A program made the position numbers and the translations under genes. Shown piece after piece: positions 12,485-20,000 of a stretch of 20,000 nt of DNA; the first letter of the stretch is position 1; every line of letters starts with the position of its first letter. Below the pieces are notes generated by a model. The model did no database searches. It was not told where the DNA came from and saw nothing but the letters and a program-made list of their open reading frames with translations. Source of the stretch: Xylographa opegraphella (Eukaryota); contig JALDZX010000057.1 in assembly GCA_022813865.1 (NCBI GenBank), positions 109,240-129,239 on the forward strand, written 5' to 3'.

Positions 12485-12547
12485 GGAGCAGTAGAAAGTT
12501 GGTGTGGAGTAGTAGAAAGTTGGTGTGGAGTAGTAGAAAGTTGGTGT
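12485..12547. repeat. 21-bp minisatellite, 3 copies, immediately 3' of the SOG2 stop codon
   Basis: ggag(c/t)agtagaaagttggtgt at 12485-12505, 12506-12526 and 12527-12547; one mismatch in total. Confidence 0.95.
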
Positions 12548-12563
12548 AGTACATGGTGATCAA

Positions 12564-15500
12564 TCACCGCCGATAGAGATTTTGTTGCATGCTTAGCAAA
12601 TTATCCGCTCTCTCGAAGACGTTGCCGTGGAAACTTCGATCGAGCCCAGCGGAGTATGCCGGGGTGCTAGGCATGGTGGCTAGAGCAGCAGGACCCAGTG
12701 CTGCAGACATTGGGGTCGCCGGGCCGCTATTCATATAAGGAGTAGATCCGGAACTAGACTCCTCCCGAGCTCGGTGGTGAGCTCCATCTTGGTATGCATT
12801 TCTATGATATCGTCCATGGTGATATCCATTCACCTGTGAAGTTTCTTGAAGTTGTGAAATGCTTACAGCCTCCTGCGGGTTACGACTGAAATCTTTGAAG
12901 TCAACTATCTTCTGCCAGGGAGACATTTTGAGGCTCTTCGCAGCAGCTTGGAGTGCTCTAAGAGTTGGACGAAGCGTGTCGATGATTTCCGTGTCGATAA
13001 TATCGAATTTCTTCTTACCATCTCGAATGAGTTCAGCAAAATCCCCAAAAGAATCACCATATCTAGTGCAAAGTTTCCAAAAATAAGGAGAGACGCGCAC
13101 TTCAGGGTCTTTGAGCTTGATAGTGGATAGCCGATACTTCAACGTTTCGCAGATGTCGGTACAGCTTCTCCCTCTGTTGAGTAGACTGTTCCAGAAGTCG
13201 ATTATCTCTTGTGGCGCACGACTATTGCGTGCGAAGACCAGAGACCTATTGAACCTTCCCATAACTCGTGGAATTGCTGAGAGACCTTGATCAACAGAGA
13301 AACTAAATTCAAGGTATATCTTCTCAAAGATAACATCCTGATCCTGCGAAGTAAAGTCTGGAGATTCGAAAGTCGTATCCATGGATGGATGGATGGGTGT
13401 TCCAGGAATGAGGAATGATTCCCCGGATTTCGGAGTGTTTGCTACCGAACTTGCAGTAGATGCAGTGAGATTGTTTGTCCGACTATTTGACCGACTTCTA
13501 CCATTAACGTACAGTGGAACTGCAGCGTAAGGGTTTGTCGAAGACTTCATATACCCGGGATAGCGAGTATGGTTGATTGTCGTCTCACTCCGAAGCCTGT
13601 GGGGTGGTTGTGGTGTTTCCGTTGTAGGCGTGTTTGAACGACTTGAAACCCTTTCTGATACTTCCATGTCGATATTGTCTTGAACCTTTGTGTCTCGAGG
13701 TTTTGCACTTGGTGGCAATGTGAGGGCTTGAAGTTTCTTTTTGCATTTTTGTAAGGCAAGTTTTGTCTCTGCAACTGCACCGAATACAGAAAGTAGGAGT
13801 GTGCGTATATACCTGTGATCGTTGTCGCGTACAAGGCCTGGAATGCTAGGAGTAAGCGTATCCATGACTCTGCTGTACGCTAATATAGATTCACGACAAA
13901 GTGTAGCCGCCTTCTTGATTGATCGAGCGCATTCGGCTTTGTTGTTAGAAATGCGAAGCTCCTTGTCCAGTTGACGGATTTTTGCGGACGCATCAAAATA
14001 AAGAGTTTCCAGACTAGTGCGGTCGGTTGCACTATCATTCGTCAAGTGAAGCAGCCGGCCAACTTGTGATTGCACTTGACATAAGCAATAAAGTACACCT
14101 TTGGAACTCTCAACAATTTCACTTGCTGTGGGTGAGCGTCCCTTGATTTCAGGAAGACTTGATAGCCGGCGAACAAACGTGGTCCGTTGACGATCCGTTT
14201 CATAAGGACTTGCCGGTGTAGACGATCCGTTACCACTTACTTTCCGAACTCCATTGCTACTCTTCTCTCGCAACGCTGAAGCGTGACTGTAACCACGGTA
14301 GTGATTGCTGTTCCTGTTTGCACGTGTTTCGTCTACTGTCCCAAGATCAGATGTTTTACGTGTCACAACTCCCATGCGTTTGTTTTTCGTCGCTTGCAGA
14401 ACACTCTCGCTATTGCTTCGATTTCTCTCACTACCGATGATCAACGGAGTCACACCCGGACGGCGTGCGTTAGCACTCTGCAGTAAAGAGTTCTGTCCTG
14501 ACGCGATCCGGTAATGTGAGCGTGCTGGTATAGCAGGTTTCACAAAAACAGGCGATCTCATTGGGGTACTAGACTCAGATTCACTAGTTGTAGGTATGAT
14601 TGGGAATCGAAGACTAGAATTCCGCTTTGTGGGTCGCGGAGTTTCCACTGGACTCTCACTACTACGATACACATTAGCATGTCTTTCATACCTCTGCTCC
14701 ATTCACCATACCTCGAGCCAGATTCCAGCGCAGCTGCTTCATGTTTCAGGTATTGTTTTATCTTGAGAGTTACCAGAACGTCTTTACCATTCTCTGCAAG
14801 TGGTGTGACTAGAGGTGACGGGTTCGTATCGGTCCCTTCAACAATGCGCCTTAGTTTTACATCCAAGGGGTTACCAGCCAACTTGAGAATCCTTAGGCTA
14901 TCTAGTGATCCCAGGGACAATGGAACACTATCGATATTGTTGTTCATCACTGAAAGTACCCTAAGAGTTTTGATCTTGATTATGTCGTCTGGGATTCGAG
15001 TTAACCTATTGCGGCTGATGTCCAAGATCTGAAGCTTTGGCAGTTCACAGATCTTTCAAATGGTCAATCTGTGATCCCCACACTCGAAGACACGCAAGAG
15101 ACTTACTGCCATAGGCACCTCGGTGAGCTGGTTTCCTTTGATATTGATGAAGGTCAAAGCAGTGCATTCGGAAAATCGAGTCGGCAATTCTACAATATGG
15201 TTATATGGTAGCACAAGTCTGTTACACGATGTAAGTAAGGGCCCTTGACAATACCAGGCGCGACGCATGCAGGGTGCCTGAGTCCAGCTCACCTCTCCAC
15301 ATCGCGTTTCAAGACGCGTACGGCTTCAACCGGTAGATTACGAATTCTTTGACGGCTCAAGTCAATCGTCAATTTTAGTTTCACAGCGTCTCCAACGCCC
15401 TCACTATTTTCCAAAGACTGCTGTACGGCTCGGCGCTCAGTCTCAACCACTTTCCGGACAAGCGCTGTCGTCTCAATGCTTGATAATACGGGCGCCGGGT

Positions 15501-15748
15501 TCTGAGGGTTGCTGGGCGTCGGCCCGTGATACGTTAAGGGAAACTGAAAATCCATCACGTTTCGACTATACAAGCACGTCAGCCCACGGTCTCACGATTT
15601 TAGGTACGACAATCACAAACGTCGAATACGATGCCTGCTGAGGCGTTGTATATCCATCATCCGGCTCTCTGGTCTCTTCCCATGCCCCATTAGGCGTTGC
15701 AAGATCCTTCGACATGTTGAAGTGCGAACGTGGTGTCTGGTTTGTCAT
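12564..15748 (-). CDS. SOG2: Leucine-rich-repeat protein Sog2 of the RAM/MOR (Cbk1/Cot1) polarity network, ~970-980 aa, 5 exons
   Basis: Minus-strand exons 15748 (or 15715)-15630, 15565-15293, 15218-15107, 15052-14712, 14661-12564; introns of 64, 74, 54 and 50 bp, all GT-AG and phase-consistent. N-terminal LRRs: TIDLSRQRIRNLP, RLVLPYNHIVELP, FINIKGNQLTEVP, ILDISRNRLTRIP, VLSVMNNNIDSVP, ILKLAGNPL. These are followed by SESPVETPRP, RSHYR, RNRSNSES, FVRRLSSLPE, RYIRTLLL, PATPMSAALGPAALAT and FHGNVFERAD, typical of filamentous-fungal Sog2. Confidence 0.9.
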
Positions 15749-17837
15749 GTGTCTGGTTTGTTGCTTTGACACATGCGCCCGGTCACGTCTGTGCAGCCTT
15801 GGGCGCGTTCTTTGTGGACTTGATAGCCTCGTGTCAAGCCTCAGTGCTCTCAGAGATACCCCATACCAGATGAAGGTACTCCGTGAGCAATAAGGTCTTA
15901 ATCAGACGACGGATATTCACCGAGAAAGATGGTATGACATGTTGTTCATGCCCAGGCCCTGTCAACTGCAAGGTACACCGGGGGATGTGCAACGCTAGCG
16001 TTAGCGGCCGCACCCACGTGACGTATGTGGACCACTGAATGTTTCGGAACACTCCAAAGGCCTGTTGGGCGCACGTGTACACAGTCGAGACAGTATGGAA
16101 GGACACATCTCCTCCCGGCAGGGGATTCGTTCTTGATTTCGAGCTCTCTTCGAACCCCTGGTGATACTGGCTCCGCCAAGACTGTGCTTTATCTACAATG
16201 TTCCTGAAGAATGCATTCCGGATAAGAACATACTGCGTATTTCATCCGAGTTACCTACAGTCAGGGCGTGGCCGAGAAAATGCTTATGGGAAGGAGTATC
16301 GAAGACTTCGGGGTTTTAGCGCTATTCATGGGCAACAAGAAAGATAATCAAATACGGCACAAAGTCTAATTGCTACAACCAGTCATCCACGGTGGCTAAG
16401 TTGGCCGTTAATGTATGATACCCATCATCGCCGACGGACCAATGGATTCCCTCGGGCGCCTCAATTTGGCAGAAAATTTCTTCGTACTTCTGCAATAGAT
16501 GCTCATTCATTCCATCAAACCATCCGCTAATCACCTTAGGATAGTTTAAGTAGAGTAGTTAAGCTCGTCGTACCTAAGTTACTAATCTTCGACCATATAT
16601 CATCCACGCCTTTTGGACGTCCTTACCATCCTAGAATACTTGAAAAGTTAATCCATGGTCATTTTTGAAGCTGCTACCTTGTCTCCAGTGCCTTCAGGGA
16701 ACTCTAGCCACAGCTGACGGTCTTTGAAGTCCTTGGAAGCCCAGCCACTCGTTGAAAACAATCGACCTACTGGACAACTTCTGCAGGATGGACAGAAATT
16801 ATTACGTCAAACCACCGGGCCCCGAGCCATTCAACTAACGCAAGCATTTCTGCAAACATTCGTACCAGGCCCCGCTTACTCGATCTCCCTTAACGTCAGA
16901 GTGAAGAGAAGTTGTTGCTCCTTACGAAGGCTGTCCTCGCCCTGAAATACTTCTGAGTGAGCCCACTATTCAAGTGGTTGGAGGCTAAGATACGCTTGAT
17001 CATGTACGGTGTGGTTGCTTTTCCCAGTGGAGACCGAATGATAGCACAGGATAACGACTGCCAATCTTGCTTCGGCTGCTATGTCAAACACCCATCAAAT
17101 CATGAATTATCTAGGGGAATGATAACTCTGAAGTTCACTATACGGAAATTCGAATACGCGATTCGTGATCACCTCGCACAAGCTCTTCCGTAGAAGATTC
17201 GGTCAATGGGGTTGCAGGGTTTGGCACAAGTAAAACAGCGAAGTCACGCAAGACCGTTAGCAAATGGATGCGGACGCTATCTTTCGAGCTGTTCAAGCAC
17301 TGCTAAACAAATCGAGGAGCCTACGGTGGCCATTCAATAAATGACCAAGACTCAAGCATCTCTGGACTTTGGAAGATTTCTAGAAAATTTGTAGACACAA
17401 ACTTTACTTCGTATAACTATTCTTGACATTTCTGAAAGTGGTATTGAACTCGACCAGCGCATCACGAATTGAATCAAATTCACTGGGGATGGCCGAGCGC
17501 GGAGAAAAGAGCTGCTTTGTGTAGTCTTTGAAGGAACTTGATAGTTGTCTCCAGTTCCAGTGCTTTCATAGAGGTACTTCAGAGTTGGGTTGTGTGGTCA
17601 TTACCATAGTACATAGACTAGGAGCAAGTTGAATGTAAGGTAGGTAGAATAGCTTGTCGACCAGGCTGGAAGATTTATCTTACCTTAGTCAGCCCTACAA
17701 CCTTGACAGCGCAATCTATAGATTGGCTATCGTCAATTCGGGTCCCTTTTCACGCTTTTCTCAACCACTCCGTCAAGTTACGCTTTACCTCGTTCACCTT
17801 CAGTGATCTACATACCAACGGAGGGATTCTCGCAAAC

Positions 17838-18704
17838 ATGTCGGACAGCAAGAATGAAGAAAGCCAGCATGAAGAGTCCACACCGACTGAAAACGATACG
17901 GCCACCACAAACACAACTAAAGATCGACAAGCCAGGTTTAAAGCCCTACAAGCTCGTGCGGTATGTTAGAAGTAGTGATTAAATGCCTTTAGGCCTCAAC
18001 TGCTGACAATTTCTCAGAAAAAATCTGCTCAGCGCAACCTCAAAGAAGCCGCAGCCGAGTCCCAACGTTTAGCCACGGACCCAAATCTACTATCGTCACT
18101 GTCTCGGAAACATGCCTTCGCGTCCCATAATCTCCTCAAAGCCGACACAGCCGCTGCGGGGGAGGACTTCGAGAGGAAGCGCGCTTGGGATTGGACCATT
18201 GAGGAGTCCGAGAAGTGGGACAAGCGAATGGAGAAGAAATCGAAGCACAGGGAGGATGTAGCTTTTCAGGACTACACACAAGAGTCACGCAAAGTATACA
18301 AGCGTCAGCTGCGAGAGTTGAAGCCTGATCTGGAAGGTTACGAAAAGGAAAAGGTGGCCGCTATTGAAAAGGCCGCAGCAAGTGGAGCATTGGAAATAGT
18401 AGAGACAGATGATGGAGAGTTGGTGGCCGTCGACAAGGATGGAGCGTTTTATTCTACTGCGGATAGTACTGGCTTCGTGGATAATAAACCGGATCGCGCG
18501 GCGGTGGATCGTCTCGTCTCGGATCTCCAGAAAGCTGAAGACTCACGTATGAAGAATAGAAGGGACAGAGGTCGGGCCGAGGACGATGGCGATGTTTCGT
18601 ACATCAACGACAAGAATAAGCAGTTTAACCAGAAGCTGGCACGTTTTTACAACAAATACACAGCGGAGATACGGGACAGCTTCGAGCGTGGCACTATGAT
18701 ATGA
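17838..18704 (+). CDS. SYF2: Pre-mRNA splicing factor Syf2 (NTC/Prp19 complex), ~269 aa, 2 exons
   Basis: Exons 17838-17960 and 18018-18704 (57-bp intron GTATGT...GCTGAC...CAG; 810 nt). Motifs: RQARFKALQARAKKS, GEDFERKRAWDWTIEESEKWD, and DVSYINDKNKQFNQKLARFYNKYTAEIRDSFERGT. Confidence 0.94.
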
Positions 18705-18829
18705 GGGAAAGGTCAGGGTTAAATGATAGCTGGTTCAGACCCAAAACGAGCATGAACGCGGATTGTATGTATGGCCTTTGGATCTCTAAGCATCTTCTAT
18801 TTTACAGAACGAGCGCTAATGTTCCCAAG

Positions 18830-19832
18830 TTACAGCATTGCCCTCCGCCATGCCTTGTTGGCAAGCTCTTCTATCCGTTCAGTTGTGATGACACCTTTGA
18901 CACAGTCGTCTCCGATGGCTTCCACAACGGCGTCGGCCACTAAGTCTGCTTTCAAGGGTTTCTCGACAGCCGCGCCCGCCAGGGCAGTTAAGCGGCCGCC
19001 AACCACAGAATTAATCATACTGCCCGCGCCGCCAAAGAAGGCGATGGGTAAGGTGAACTTTCTGGATGAATCGTACAAGAACCCAGGGCGAATAAATATG
19101 CTCCTCATCTTCGGCAACGACGACGCAATCGTCGATTCGGCGTCTCTCTTTGTCGTGATATATCGTTTGGGAAGGATAGGTGTCCCAGCCGCTGCAGAAA
19201 TGAAAACGAAGGACGGAACCTTCTGCGCGTCGGCTTCCTGCGCCAGTGCAATAGCTAGTCAATGCAGAATTAGCTTTCCTCGCGCGCTGTTCCACTGCAC
19301 AACCACCAGTCTTGACGTACCCGAGTCCCGATTCATCAACTCGTACGTGAGCTGCCCGTCCTTCTCCTGCGCTCGTAACTCCTCCCCGATCCCTCTTTCC
19401 AATGGATTTTGGCTCCCCCCCTTGGTCGCACTGAATGCCCTAGACAAGCCTCCCCATATGGACTCCTTCCCTGACAGCACACCTTTGTAGTCGGCTTCCA
19501 AGAGTATACCCATCGAGTGCACCACGGCGTCCGCGTCGTTCAGCATCGATTGGTAGGAAGCCGGTCTGAGGAGATCCGCCTTCTGCCACGACACCGATTT
19601 CGACCACGGCGGAGCTTCGGCGGCGGAGGTGACGGAGGACCAAACGGGTTCACCGGAGCGCGAGAGGGAGACCACGTCCCAGCCGCGGGCGGCGGCGGAC
19701 TTGCAGATGCGGGAGCCTGGGGCCTGTCAGTCTTTCGAGGGGCGTTGCATCTGGCGGGGCCGGATGAGGGACGGGCGGCGTACCTAGGAAGCCATTGCCC
19801 CCGGCTACCACGATCTTCTTTTTGGCCATCAT
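18830..19832 (-). CDS. COQ11: Atypical short-chain dehydrogenase/NAD(P)-binding Rossmann protein, Coq11 (YLR290C)-like, ~289 aa, 3 exons
   Basis: Minus-strand exons 19832-19784, 19716-19321, 19254-18830 (introns 67 and 66 bp; 870 nt). Motifs: KIVVAGGNGFLGSRICK, VVSLSRSGEP, AVVHSMGILLEADYK, TYELMNRDSAI, FVFISAA, RYITTKRDAE (YxxxK) and IRPGFLYD. The gene symbol rests on recognising these motifs. Confidence 0.85.
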
Positions 19833-20000
19833 ACTGGTCGGGGGGGGATTGGCAGTCAGGAAATTAAAATGTAGCCGACATCATCGTGTTCTAGAAGCAT
19901 GGGTCGTATCGGGAACGCTAAGACTTAAGCCTTGCATGGCGCTCAACTTCCCCCCCCACCCCTCAAAAATGTAATCATGCAATAATTTTAAAATCATTTT

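Noticed and set aside
12485..12547. Repeat considered as CRISPR-like
   Set aside because: Units are head-to-tail with no spacers, the context is eukaryotic, and there are no cas genes.
12025..12563. Small ORFs between GLR1 and SOG2, including LLLHTNF repeats
   Set aside because: The repeated peptide is only the translated minisatellite, and no coherent exon model was found. Probably 3' UTR/terminator sequence.
18771..19490. 239-aa plus-strand ORF
   Set aside because: Antisense to the COQ11-like gene, low-complexity S/A-rich, no domain signal.

Overview
Gene-dense eukaryotic DNA from a filamentous ascomycete (Pezizomycotina-like: short 50-74 bp GT-AG introns, many with CTRAY branch points). 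In order, the window holds: a large intronless minus-strand gene running off the left edge (>=720 aa, one N-terminal TM helix, missing from the supplied ORF track); a 5-exon single-domain AAA+ ATPase; a mitochondrial-type PPR protein head-to-head with mitoribosomal RSM25/mS23; an orphan gene broken by an apparent 5-bp tandem duplication; glutathione reductase GLR1; the RAM-network LRR protein SOG2; the splicing factor SYF2; and a COQ11-like atypical SDR. The most notable signal is an in-frame 35-codon mitochondrial-presequence-like extension of GLR1 with no AUG, which begins at a GUG in strong initiation context just downstream of a TATA box. This is a candidate non-AUG dual-targeting switch. 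No RNA genes, CRISPR arrays or recognisable intact transposons were seen. All exon models were derived by hand.
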